Position numbers and translations under genes: made by a program. From Thermoanaerobaculia bacterium (GTDB taxonomy: Bacteria; Acidobacteriota; Thermoanaerobaculia; UBA5066): a stretch of DNA of 64,000 bases. The notes under the pieces were generated by a model, which made no database searches, was not told where the DNA came from, and worked only from the letters and a program-made list of their open reading frames with translations. The stretch spans positions 768,001 through 832,000 of the forward strand of contig CAVRAY010000002.1 in NCBI GenBank assembly GCA_963719225.1, read 5' to 3'. Shown here in pieces: positions 37,252-48,077 of the stretch. Positions within the stretch are counted from its first letter, which is position 1. The number at the start of each line of letters is the position of its first letter.

Positions 37252-38948
37252 TCACACTCGCCTCGTATCGAACGCCGGCTTCTGGCCGGTGCCGTAACGC
37301 TTGAGCGCGCCCTCCTCGCCGACCGCGTTGGGGCGCTGGAAGATCCAGTTCTGCCACGCGGTCAGCCGGGCGAAGATTTTCGATTCCATCGTTTCCGGTC
37401 CGCCGAAGCGCAGATTGGCTTCGAGCCCGGTGAGCCCGTCGGGCGAGAAGCTCGCGCGCTCCTCGCAGAAAGACGCGCATCTCGTCGTCCCAGTCGATGT
37501 CGTCGAGCGCGAAGGTGACGAGGCCCAGCTACTCGGCGGCTTCGGCATCGAGCGTCTTGCCGATTTCGCCTTGCGCACTTTGTCGAGATCGCCGGGATCG
37601 GCGAGAAACCGGCTCGCGAGCCGCGAGAGCCCGTTCGACATCGGATAGGCGCCGAAATTCGCCTGCGCGAGCGCGAGCGTTGCCGGCGGCTTGTTGTCGC
37701 CCTCGCGGGCGCCGATCAGCATGTAGGAGCGGTCGGTGGCGAACACCAGTTCGGCGAGCGTGCCGGCAAAGCAGGAGCCCGGCTCGATCAGCGCGACCAG
37801 CGAACGCGACGTGAGATCGACGCGCTTGAGCGACGCGCTTCCACAGCTCCCTGATTTCGCGCGCCAGCCAGATGATCCTTGTTGGCGTCGAGGAAGGCAT
37901 CATAGGCCAGCACCTGCGCCGGATCGCCGGACGATTTGAACACGATCGCGGCGGCGTCGAATTCGTTGGCGCGGATGTCGAGGATGGCGTCGTCGAGTTC
38001 GCGCGCGAGCTTGCAGCGGCCAGAACTCCGCGCCTTGCGCCACCATGGCGTCGGCCGATGCGGGCGGCGGCGCCTCCGGTCCGCGCAGCGTGACGGTGGC
38101 GAGCCGCTCGGCGCGCGCAAATTCGACCGACACGGTCTCGTAGTCGACGCCATTTGCCGAGCGCGTGCGCTTGAGCGGCGTCGAGCGCAATGCCTTTGGC
38201 GCCCGTCGGCCGGTTGGATTTCGCCGCGAATTCCTTGGCGCGCTTGGCCACCGTCTCCTCGAACTTCGAGCCGGGCACGACCTCGTCCACCAGCCGCCAG
38301 TCGACCGCGCGCTTGCCCTTGACGCCTTCCTCGGTGGTGCAGAACACGTCGGCGTGGTCGCGCCGCACCTTGCGCTTGTCGGTGACGCGGGTGAGCCCGC
38401 CGGTGCCGGGCAGCACCGCGAGCAGCGGCAGTTCCGGCAGCGACACCGTCGAGGAGCCGTCGTCGACCAGCATGATGTGGTCGGCCGCGAGCGCAAGCTC
38501 GTAGCCGCCGCCCGCCGCCGTGCCGTTGATGACGCAGATGGTCGGGAGGCCCGGAGTACTCGCTGGCATCTTCGATGCCGTTGCGCGTCTCGTTGGTGAA
38601 CTTGCAGAAATTGACCTTGTGGGCATGGCTCGCGCCCGCCAGCATGCGGATATTGGCGCCGGCGCAGAACACCCGCGGCTTGCCCGAGCGCAGCAGGATC
38701 ACCCGCACCTCCGGGTGCTCGAAGCGCAGGCGCTCGATCGCATCGGCAAGCTCGATATCGACGCCGAGATCGTAGGAGTTGAGCTTGAGCTCGTAGCCCT
38801 CGAACAGCGCGCCTTTCTCGTCGACGTCCATGAGGAGCGTCGCGACATCGCCGTCGACCGAGAGCTTCCAATGCCGATAGCGCGACGGATCGGTCTGGAA
38901 ATCGATCCGGCTCTTGCCGTTGCTCAATTTGCGTTCTGCGTCGGCCAT
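37252..38948 (-). CDS. boxC: 2,3-epoxybenzoyl-CoA dihydrolase (frameshifted)
   Basis: IDFQTDPSRYRHWKL, LKLNSYDLGVDIELADA, KVNFCKFTNETRN, VLPGTGGLTR, ETMESKIFARLTAWQNWIFQRPNAVG. Confidence 0.92.
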
Positions 38949-38977
38949 GGTTTCCTCGTCATCCGGCGCGTGCACGC

Positions 38978-39805
38978 TCATTCGGCAGCACGGGCGGCGA
39001 GATCGCCCTCGTGGTGGTCGCGCAACATCCGGTTGGCAAAATCGGCGATCGCCGCCAGCGTCGCCTCCGGCGCCTCCCGATACGGCGCATGCCGCGCATC
39101 CGGGAGCAGCACAACCTCGACCGGGCAGTAGCATTCCTCCTGCGCCACCTCGATCTGCCGCAGCGTGCCGTATTGGTCGTTCTCGCCCTGCACGATCAGG
39201 ATCGGCACGCGGATGTAGCGCAAGCGCTTCGGTGATGTCCCATTTGCGGAAGTCCGGCATCGAGCCAGGGCTCGCACCAATTGTAGAACGCGTTGTCGAC
39301 ATTGGCGTGCGGCGCGCGAGCCGCTCGCGCAGCGGCCCTGCTCTCGAACGCCGCCTTGGCGCGCGCGATCTCGGCGATGCCCATGTCCTCGGTGAAGAAA
39401 TGCGGCGCCATCAGCACGAGCCCGCGCACGCGGTGATCCTGGACGCTGCCCGCATAGATCGCGGCGATCGACGCGCCGTCGCTGTGGCCGACAAGAAGGC
39501 CGCGCCGGAAGCCGATGGCTTCGAGCACGCGCGGCAGCACCTCGCGCGCCTCCTCGTGCATGAACGACACCGTGCGCGGCAGCTTCGGCGGCGACGAGTT
39601 GCCGTAGCCGGCGCGCGAATAGGCGAACACGCCCGGCGCCGGTCGCGGCCGCAAGCTCGTCCGGAAGCTGCCCCAGATGCCGGCATGGCCGAGCCCCTCG
39701 TGCAGCATCACCAGCGTCGGCGCCGCGTCCGGGCGCGGGCCGATCATGCGGTATTCGAGCCGCATGTCGCCGAGATCGAGGAAGCCCTGGTCGGACAAGC
39801 GTCAT
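38978..39805 (-). CDS. Alpha/beta hydrolase of the box cluster (frameshifted)
   Basis: LHEGLG, YSRAGYG, GHSDGASIA, QGENDQYGT, HAPYRE. Confidence 0.85.
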   Translation of the reverse strand: MTLVRPGLPRSRRHAARIPHDRPAPGRGADAGDAARGARPCRHLGQLPDELAAATGAGRVRLFARRLRQLVAAEAAAHGVVHARGGARGAAARARSHRLPARPSCRPQRRRVDRRDLCGQRPGSPRARARADGAAFLHRGHGHRRDRARQGGVREQGRCASGSRAARQCRQRVLQLVRALARCRTSANGTSPKRLRYIRVPILIVQGENDQYGTLRQIEVAQEECYCPVEVVLLPDARHAPYREAPEATLAAIADFANRMLRDHHEGDLAARAAE

Positions 39806-40740
39806 GACCGGTCTCCGCCGCGCATAACGCGCCGCGATCTGCGCCAGCTTCGCAAAGCTCTGCTCGACCGTATCGCCCGACGGTGTCGAGTTCGGCTTCC
39901 GCGCGCGCGTAGTCGGCGCTGCGCGCATCCAGAATGGCGACCAGGTCGGCCATCGCCTCGCGGTTCTGCGCCATCGGACGGAAGTCGCCCTGCTCCATCA
40001 CGCGGCGCCATGTGTTCGTCGGGCCGCGCCTTGATCCAGACCGTATGGGTCCGGCGCAGCAGCAGCGCATAGGTCTCGGCGTTCGACACGATGCCGCCGG
40101 CGGTCGCGATCACAGCGGCTTCATTTTCGGCGATGACGCGTTCGAGGCAGGCCCGCTCGTAGCGGCGAAAGGTCGCAATGCCGGCCATCTCGATCAGGTC
40201 GGGAATGCGCGCGCCATAGTCCTGCTCGACCAGGCGATCGAGTTCGATGAACGGGACAGCCAAGACGGTCAGCGAAGCTGCTGTCCGAGCGTCGACTTTC
40301 CGGCGCCGCGCAGTCCGACCAGCGCGATCCGCCGCGCGCGGTCGGTCGATGGTGGCCTCGGCGGCGCGCGCTTCGATCAGTTCGGCGATCGCCGGCGAGT
40401 TCGGACGGCGGCAGCGCGACCGAGAACATCGAGGATGCGGGTCATCGCGGCCGTGCGGCCGTTGGTGCGCGGCAACAGCTCGACGACCGGAACGTCGAGC
40501 GCCTCGCGCGATCGCCTTGAGCATGATGACGGACGGGATTGCCCTGCCCGCCCTCGATCTGCGCGAGGTAGCGCTCGGAGGCGCCCGAGCCTGCGCAAGC
40601 TGCCGGCGCGTCATGCCGCGCTTGGCGCGGCGCGCAGCCGGACCAGCCGGCCGACCGCGGCCGCGAAGGGATCGGCCGGCGGCCGGTGACGCTGCGCCGT
40701 TGTGCGCGCTCGCGCGCCTTGGATGTCTGGCTTAACGGTG
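39802..40740 (-). CDS. boxR: BoxR/BzdR-type regulator, XRE HTH + shikimate-kinase-like domain (frameshifted, start approximate)
   Basis: MTRRQLAQ, SERYLAQIEGGQGNP, PFIELDR, FRRYERACLE, IATAGGIV, EQGDFRPMA.NREAM. Confidence 0.82.
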
Positions 40741-40772
40741 GGCCTGCTGTCCGACCACGGGAAAGATATTTC

Positions 40773-40826
40773 TGCATCATAATGCAGCACCGATGAAATT
40801 ATACGAATTCACTGCACTATAGTTCA
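40773..40826. promoter_or_regulatory. Candidate BoxR/BzdR operator boxes
   Basis: TGCA-N6-TGCA (40773-40786) and TGCA-N6-TTCA (40813-40826) in an AT-rich gap upstream of boxR. Confidence 0.55.
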
Positions 40827-41847
40827 GGATTCGCAACAGCCGCTGTCAATTCAGCTCGGAATTCGAAAATCCGTGGCCCACAGATCTTCGAGCTTGGCGA
40901 TCGCTGACGGCGGCAGCGGCCCGCCTCCACCGCCGTCGAGCGCCTCTTCGAGCTGCGGAATTGCGAGATCCCGACCACCGCGCGTTGATGTCGCGGTTGC
41001 CGAGCACGAAGCGCAAGGCGGCCTGCGCCGGCGTGCCGTAGGCTGTCGCCGAGACCTGCGCGGATCGCCGGCGGCGCAGCGCATCTCGTTGTCGAGGTCG
41101 GTGCCCGACGGTCATCATGAAGAGGCCGTCCGGCCGGTTCGCGACTCGCCAGAGTGCCGCCGGCCCAGACCCTGATGTTGAGCACGCCCATGTTCTGGCG
41201 GAAGCAGGCCGCGATGACGCCGCAGAAATCCTGGCCCGTCCAGCGCGTGCGGCACGCGCGACCAGGCGGCACTGGGATTGATCGCGATTGTAGTAGACCT
41301 GCGCGCAGTCGAAGCGCCCGCTGTTGATGACTTCGAGGCATGCGCTGGTATCGCCCGCCACCGTGATGCCGGTCGCCGCAACCAGTCCATGCGACTTAAG
41401 GCGGTCGAAGGTATCGGCGACGCCGCCCGGCCGAGCACCTGTTCGCAGCGTGACGCGGCGCGCGGCCGCCCAGCGTCGTGCCGATATGATTGTGCAGTTG
41501 GAACAGCTCGATCTTCGGCAGCCGCAGCCGCGTCAGGCTCGCTTCCAGGCTGCGCAGGATCGCGCTCGGAATTTCGTCCATGTCCTCGGGTTCGAGCCGC
41601 ACCTTGGTGGAGATTTGCGGCCGCGGCGTCAGCGACTCGATGATGCCGGCCGATCGTTTCTTCCGACGCGCCGTTGCCATAGATCGGCGCGGTGTCGATC
41701 CAATTGATGCCGCCCATGACGGCGCGGCGCAGCGCGGCAAGCCGCGTCGGCTTCATCGGCATTGATCAGGATGCCGCCGGTGACGCCACCGCCCAGCACA
41801 AGCTCGGAGATTTCCAAACCGGTCCGGCCCAGTATCGATTTTCGCAT
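40817..41847 (-). CDS. Aldo/keto reductase (heavily frameshifted)
   Basis: LGRTGLEISELVLGG, GINWIDTAPIYGNGASE, ISTKV, SLTRLRL..IELFQLHN, AQAALRFVL. Confidence 0.8.
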
Positions 41848-41968
41848 CGCCTCCCCGGCCCTGCGCGCTTATGCCACGTAAGTCGTGGAAGTGGTCGCGA
41901 GTCGAGGTGTGCAGTCAAGTGGATCGGCCGCTGCGTCCCGGCTCGCCGGGAACCTGACGAAGACGCGG

Positions 41969-43570
41969 CTACCGCAGCCGCTCCGCCCTGAGCATGAAGC
42001 GCTGGATCTTGCCGGTCGCGGTCTTGGGCAACCGCTGCGGAACTCGATCCAGCGCGGATACTTGTAGGGCGCGAGCTTGGCCTTGACGTGATCCTGCAAT
42101 TCGCGCGCGAGCGCTTCGCACGCCTTGTCGGCCGACCTTGAGCACCACGAAGGCCTTCGGCTTGATCAGTTCCTCGTCGTCCGGCCAGGCGATCACCGCG
42201 GCCTCCAGCACCTCGGGATGGCTCGCCAGCGCGCCCTCGACCTCGAACGGCGACACATAGATGCCGCCGACCTTGAGCATGTCGTCGCGCCGGCCGCAGT
42301 AGACGTAGTAGCCGTCTTCGTCCTGCGAGGTATTTGTCGCCCGAGCGCGTCCATTCGCCCAGGAACGTGTCGCGCGATCTTGTCGCGGTTGTTCCAGTAC
42401 ATGATCGCGCTGGTCGGGCCGCGCACCTGCATCTCGCCCATCTCGCCGTGTCTTGGTGATCACGTTGCCGGCGTCGTCGATCAGGCGGATGTCGTAGCCC
42501 GGAACCGGCTTGCCGGTGGTGCCGTATTTCACGTCGCCCGGGTAGTTCGAGATGAAGATGTGCAGCATCTCGGTCGAGCCGATGCCGTCGAGCATGTCGA
42601 CGCCATAGCGTTCCTTCCAGCGCCGGCCGACTTCGGGCGGCAGCGCCTCGCCGGCCGAGATGCACAGCCGCAGCTTGAGCTCCGCGCGCTCCGGCGCCGA
42701 CGGGTTGGCCAGGAACGCCGCATAGAAGGTCGGCACCGCATAGAACACCGTCACCGGATGTTCGCGCAGAATCTTCGCGACGCCGTCGGGCGTCGGACGA
42801 TCCGGCGAGCAGCACGGTCGTGGCGCCGACCGCCAGCGGGAAGGTCAGCGCATTGCCGAGCCCGTAGGCGAAGAACAGCTTGGCGACCGAATAGCAGACG
42901 TCGCTTTCCTCGAGTCCCAGCACGCCGGCGCGCGTAGAGGTCGGCGGTGAGCGGCAGATTGGCGTGGGCGTGCACCGCGCCCTTGGGCCTGCCGGTCGAG
43001 CCCGAGGTGTAGAGCCAGAAGCACATGTCATCGCACGTGGTCGGCGCGGTGTAGGACTCCGCCGGCCGCGCCGGCGATCAGGTCCTCGAAGCCGGCGATG
43101 GCCGTGCGCATTTGCGCCCGAGACGATCACGTGCGCGAGGTCGGGGCTCGCATCGATCAGGTTGGCGAACTTCGCAAACAGCTCCTCCGACACGACCAGA
43201 ACCCGAGCCCGGCTGTCGGCCAGCATGAAGCGGTAGTCGTCCTCGGTCATCAGCGTGTTGACCGGGATCGGCACCACGCCGGTCTTGATCGCGCCCAGGA
43301 AAGCGGTCGGCCAATCGATGGTGTCGAGCAGCGCCAGCAGAATGCGCTCTTCCCGCCGCACGCCGAGCGTGCGCAGCACGCGCCGAAGCGGTCAACCCGG
43401 TCGGCGAGCTGGCCGTAGGTCCAGCTTCCGCGCGGATCGATATAGACCGGCTTGCCGGCGCGCCCGGCCTTGAGATTGCGCTCCAGGATATCGGCCGCAA
43501 AGTTGTAGTCGCGCGGAATGGCGTCGGCAGACGCGCGGCCGGCGAAATCGGCATCCAACACAAGTGTCAT
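41969..43570 (-). CDS. bclA: Benzoate-CoA ligase (frameshifted)
   Basis: FWLYTSGSTGRPKG, AKLFFAYGLGN, SAGEALP, DGIGSTEMLHIF, GRRDDMLKVGG, LPKTATGKIQR; adjacent to box genes. Confidence 0.88.
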
Positions 43571-43715
43571 TCGGCCCTTCCTCCCTGGAACCCATTATGC
43601 GGCCCGCGAAAACGAGCCTCAATTGCCATGGTCGATTATTTTACCCCGGTGCAATGATAGACGCCGCGGATTATGCCCCGAGGTAAAACTCCTCCATTCT
43701 AAGGAGACGAAAGCC

Positions 43716-44347
43716 ATGGACGCGCGGACCACTCTGCATCGCATCGTCGCGCGGCTCACGCCGCATCGCCTCGGGGGAATTGGCACACAGTGGCCGTGCA
43801 GACGAAAAGCCGTGATCGACCGCGACGAGCATGCATCAGTGCTCATTTTCGATGACCGCACCAGCCAGCCGATCGAGCTCGATTTTCGGGGCAGCGCCGA
43901 GGACGTGTTGTCACGATTGGCGGGTGCATCCGACGACCCGATGCCGGCTCCGGCAGTCCGCGCGGGCCGGGCCGCCCCCGCCTCGGCGTGGTGGCGCGCG
44001 AAATCACGCTCCTGCCGCGGCATTGGGACTGGCTCAATCGTCAGCCGGGCGGCGCCTCGGTCGCGCTGCGCAAACTGGTCGACGATGCGCGCCGCACCTA
44101 CAAAGACCGCGACCGCGTGCGCCAATCGCAGGAAGCCGCCTACCGATTCATGGTGGCGATGGCCGGCAACGAGCCCGGCTTCGAGGAAGCAACCCGGGCG
44201 CTGTTCGCGCGACAACAAGAGGCGTTCAACCGGCTGATCGAGCGCTGGCCCGCCGACGTTCGCGATCATGCCAGAAAGCTCGCGGTCCCGGCGCTGGAGC
44301 GCGCTACGAGCGAAACCGACAAAGCACAAACGCCGGACATCGCGTGA
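43716..44347 (+). CDS. DUF2239-family protein (frameshifted)
   Basis: VLIFDD.T...IELDFRG, GVVAREITLLPRHWDWL..QPGGASVALRKLV, AGNEPGFEEATRALFA. Confidence 0.8.
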
Positions 44348-44419
44348 GACCTCCCCTATAATCGCGCCACGCGACAACCAAGCTACAAGCGCGCCGCGAG
44401 CGTGCACGAGGAGGCCCCC

Positions 44420-45723
44420 ATGGACGATATCACGCGCGAGCCGCTGCAAATCCGCGCCGAGGACATCAACCCGCGCTACAACTGGGGCCGCGCGCTGCCG
44501 GCGCTCGGCATCATGGGGGTCGATTTCGAGGAGCGCGTCGATTACCGGCGGCTGCACCGCTATCGCCTCGCGCGCGTCAAGCAGGCGCTGGAAAAATCCG
44601 ATCTCGGCGCGCTGCTGGTGTTCGACGTCAACAACATCCGCTACATCACCTCGACCAAGATCGGCGAGTGGGAACGCGACAAGCTCTGCCGCTGGGCGCT
44701 GCTCACGCGCAACGGCGACCCGATCCTGTGGGACTTCGGCTCCGCCGCCGTGCACCACAAGCTCTATACGCCGTGGCTCAAGCCGGAGAACTGCAAGGCC
44801 GGGCTGATCGGCCTGCGCGGCACGGTCAATCCCGCCGTTCGGGCTGATGGAGCGCCACGCCAAGGAGATCGCCGCGCTGATCAAGGAGGCCGGCGTCGAC
44901 AAGATGCCGGTCGGCGTCGACATCATCGAGCCGCCGATGATGTTCGAGCTGGAGAAGGCCGGGCTCAAGATCGCCGACGGCCAGCAGATCATGCTGGAGG
45001 CGCGCGAGATCAAGTCCGCCGACGAGATCGCGCTGCTCAACCGCGCCGCCGCCATGGTCGACGGCGCCTATCACCTGATCAACGAGCAGCTCAAGCCCGG
45101 CGTGCGCGAGAACGACATCGTCGCCAAGGTCAACAAGTTCCTCTATCACCACGGCTCCGACGACGTCGAGGCGATCAACGCCATTTCGGGCGAGCGCTGC
45201 AATCCGCATCCGCACAACTTCACCGACCGCATGCTGCGCCCGGGCGACCAGGCGTTCTTCGACATCCTGCAGTCGTTCATGGGCTACCGCACCTGCTACT
45301 ACCGCACCTTCAATGTCGGGCGCGCGACGCCGGTGCAGCACGACGCCTACAAGAAGGCGCGCGAGTGGCTCGATCTCGCCATCGACCTGATCAAGCCGGG
45401 CGTCTCCACCGACCGCGTGTGCAGCGTGTGGCCGAAGGCGCCGCGAATTCGGCTTCCCCGACGAGATGAGCGCGTTCGGCCTGCAATTCGGCCACGGGCT
45501 CGGGCTGGCGCTGCACGAGCGGCCGATCATCTCGCGCGTGGTCTCGATCGATCATCCGACCGAGATCAAGGAGGGCATGGTGTTCGCGCTCGAGACCTAT
45601 TGCCCGGCGACCGACGGCTTCTCGGCCGCGCGCATCGAGGAGGAGGTCGTGGTCACCGACAAGGGCTGCCGCGTCATCACGCTGTTCCCGGCCGAGGAAT
45701 TGCCGATCGCGAACCGGTATTGA
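44420..45723 (+). CDS. M24 (Xaa-Pro peptidase/creatinase) family protein (frameshifted)
   Basis: NNIRY, AREIKSADEI, GYRTCYYRTF, GHGLGLALHERP, ALET, RIEEEVVVT. Confidence 0.85.
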
Positions 45724-45783
45724 GTTTATCTTCTCTATCGGGCACCCGGTCCCGGTCATCGACGAAAAGGGCCAATGGGCGCA

Positions 45784-46020
45784 ATGAAGACGCCGTACGT
45801 TCCCAAATACGTCTCGCCGAAGGAAATCGCGCAGAACCGGGCGCGGCTGCGCGCGCGGCTCTATTGGATCGCACTCGCGTTGCCGATTCTGTTCGCGCTG
45901 CTCGCTTTCGGCTACTGCGACCAGGCGCCGGCCTTTCTGCGCGCGATCACGATGACGCTCGATGGCGCGCTCGGCTATCCGATCCTCGCCATCATCAACA
46001 TCAACGCGATCGCGCGTTAG
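45784..46020 (+). CDS. Small membrane protein
   Basis: ORF with a hydrophobic segment; no recognised motif. Confidence 0.5.
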   Translation: MKTPYVPKYVSPKEIAQNRARLRARLYWIALALPILFALLAFGYCDQAPAFLRAITMTLDGALGYPILAIININAIAR

Positions 46021-46054
46021 CGCTCACCTGCTTGCAACGAATTGAGCGAGCGAT

Positions 46055-46137
46055 CCGTTCGTCCCGGCGCAAGCGGGGACCCGGGGCCACAAGTCGATAG
46101 TTGCGACCTGGATTCCTGCTTGTGCAGGAGTGAGTGG
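46055..46137. repeat. Degenerate REP-like inverted pair of a second family
   Basis: TCGTCCCGGCGCAAGCGGGGACCC...CTGGATTCCTGCTTGTGCAGGAGTGAG, resembling alphaproteobacterial intergenic repeats. Confidence 0.55.
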
Positions 46138-46229
46138 ACGAGCGTGCAGCCGAGAACGCAAAGATTTTTCGGCGCCGCCAGGCGAAAAAAGACCGCATTC
46201 ATCCGTATTGTCGTGCTAGCTGACGCGAC

Positions 46230-46265
46230 CGCGAATCAGTGAACTATCGCGAATCAGTGAACTAT
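46230..46265 (+). repeat. Perfect 18-bp tandem duplication
   Basis: CGCGAATCAGTGAACTAT x2. Confidence 0.95.
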
Positions 46266-46281
46266 GAGGGGGCCTCCATCC

Positions 46282-46551
46282 ATGTACGTCGGTATCCGCC
46301 GCTTGGCCGCGCGCCTTGCCATCCTGTTCGGTCTTGCGCTTGTTGTTGTGTTCCTCGGCGCGCAAACCTCCACGCCGGCCGCCGCCTATACGCCGGATCA
46401 ACAGGCGGCGTGCGAGAGCGACGCGATGCGGTTGTGCGGCCAATACGTCCCCGACATACGGAGCATCACCGCCTGCATGCGGCGCAACTGCCGCTTCGCC
46501 AGTGCGCGCTGCCGCGCCGTCATGCACTGCAGCAAGCGCCGGCGACGCTGA
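46282..46551 (+). CDS. Small secreted Cys-rich protein
   Basis: Signal peptide; ACESDAMRLC...ITACM...SARC. Confidence 0.75.
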   Translation: MYVGIRRLAARLAILFGLALVVVFLGAQTSTPAAAYTPDQQAACESDAMRLCGQYVPDIRSITACMRRNCRFASARCRAVMHCSKRRRR

Positions 46552-46624
46552 ACGGCCGCTCCGCTCCTATCTTCTCGGCCGATCGCGTCTGATCCGCGCA
46601 TAAAGCGGACGCTTGCCGCGCGCG

Positions 46625-47851
46625 TCAGATGCGCAGATGCTCCGGGCGCAGGCCCAAGCCGACCACGCGCGCTGGAATGCGTTGCAGCAAGGGGCAGCGG
46701 TTGAGAAGCCGTATCGGCAAGGGCGGCGCCAGCTTCTCCTGGCTCGCCAGTACGCGGCTGAGGATGCGGTTCTGCACTTGCACCTGCAGCCACTGCGTGG
46801 CGCGGGTCGGAAACATGCGCCGGCGCTGCACCGCGGCAAGTTCCTCCGCCCCGACGGCGCCGGCGCGCAAAGGCGCCGCCAGGATATTGGCGGCGGCGAC
46901 CGCGTCCTGGATGGCGAGGTTGATACCGACTCCGCCGACCGGCGACATGGCGTGCGCGGCATCGCCGATGCAGAGCAGGCCGGGCCGGTGCCATTGCCGC
47001 AGGCGGTCGACCGTGACGGTGAGCAGCTTGATGTCGTCCCAGCTTGTCAGCTCCGATACGCGGTCGCGCATCGCCGGCGCGACCGCGACGATGGCGGCGC
47101 GGAACGCGTCGAGGCCCTTCGCCCTCACCTCCTCGTAGCCGCCCTTCGCGATCACGAAGGCGCATTGCCAATAGTCGCCGCGGTCGATCATGATGAAAAT
47201 CCTGCCGGCGGTCATGCGGCCGAGCGGCTCGGCGCCGTCGCTTGGCCGGCGCGACAGCCGCATCCACAGCACGTCGATCGGCGCGCCGAGGTCTTCGACC
47301 GCTAGCCCTGCGCGCTCCCGCACGGTCGAATGGCGCCCGTCGGCGCCGACCACGAGATCGGCTTCGATCGCAAGCGGACCCGCGGGCGAGGTTGCCCGCA
47401 GGCCGGTGACGCGGGAGCCCTCCTCGATCAGGCCGGTCGCTTCCGTCTGCATGCGCAGGTGGAATGCCGGATAGTGCGCACCCTGCCCTGCCAGAAAGTC
47501 GAGGAAATTCCATTGCGGCATCAGCGCGATGAATTTGCAGTGCGTCGGCAAGTGGGTGAAATCGGCGATCCGCACGGAGGTATCGCCGATGAAGCCCGAC
47601 AAATGCCGCGCCTCCTGGTGCGGCAGCTTGAGGAACTGGTCCAGCAGGCCAAGCTCGTGGATCACTTCGAGCGTGGAGGGATGGATGGTGTCGCCGCGGA
47701 AATCGCGCAGGAAATCGGCGTGCTTCTCGAGCACCACGACGTCGATGCCGGCACGCGCCAGCAAGAAGCCGAGCATCATGCCGGCCGGCCCGCCGCCGGC
47801 GATGGCGCAGGTGGTGCGGATCGTCTCAGGGGCGGAATTGGCGGCGTTCAT
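46625..47851 (-). CDS. FAD-dependent monooxygenase/oxidoreductase (FAD_binding_3 type)
   Basis: GGGPAG, DFRGDT, GADGRHS, GDAAHAMSPVGGVGINLAIQDA. Confidence 0.9.
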   Translation of the reverse strand: MNAANSAPETIRTTCAIAGGGPAGMMLGFLLARAGIDVVVLEKHADFLRDFRGDTIHPSTLEVIHELGLLDQFLKLPHQEARHLSGFIGDTSVRIADFTHLPTHCKFIALMPQWNFLDFLAGQGAHYPAFHLRMQTEATGLIEEGSRVTGLRATSPAGPLAIEADLVVGADGRHSTVRERAGLAVEDLGAPIDVLWMRLSRRPSDGAEPLGRMTAGRIFIMIDRGDYWQCAFVIAKGGYEEVRAKGLDAFRAAIVAVAPAMRDRVSELTSWDDIKLLTVTVDRLRQWHRPGLLCIGDAAHAMSPVGGVGINLAIQDAVAAANILAAPLRAGAVGAEELAAVQRRRMFPTRATQWLQVQVQNRILSRVLASQEKLAPPLPIRLLNRCPLLQRIPARVVGLGLRPEHLRI

Positions 47852-47893
47852 GTTGCAACATCCGGCTCAAAAGCACCTGACGAAGGTAGCGTG

Positions 47894-47931
47894 TTAACCC
47901 GGCGGTAACCATGCACCGGGCAAATCTTGCC
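47894..47931 (+). promoter_or_regulatory. CtrA-like box and GGCAA-N3-TTGCC palindrome upstream of flhA
   Basis: TTAA-N7-GTAAC (47894-47909; consensus TTAA-N7-TTAAC); GGCAAATCTTGCC (47919-47931). Confidence 0.55.
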
Positions 47932-48077
47932 GGGGAGGCGTTTCCAACCATTCACGCGGCAAGCGGGGACGGACCTTGGACGCAAGCGCGGTTCCTCTGG
48001 CGCGGGTGAGCGGGCTTACCGCCGCCACGCACAGCTTTCACGCCCACGACCGGGCGAGACGAGGCGCGTCGGCTGAG

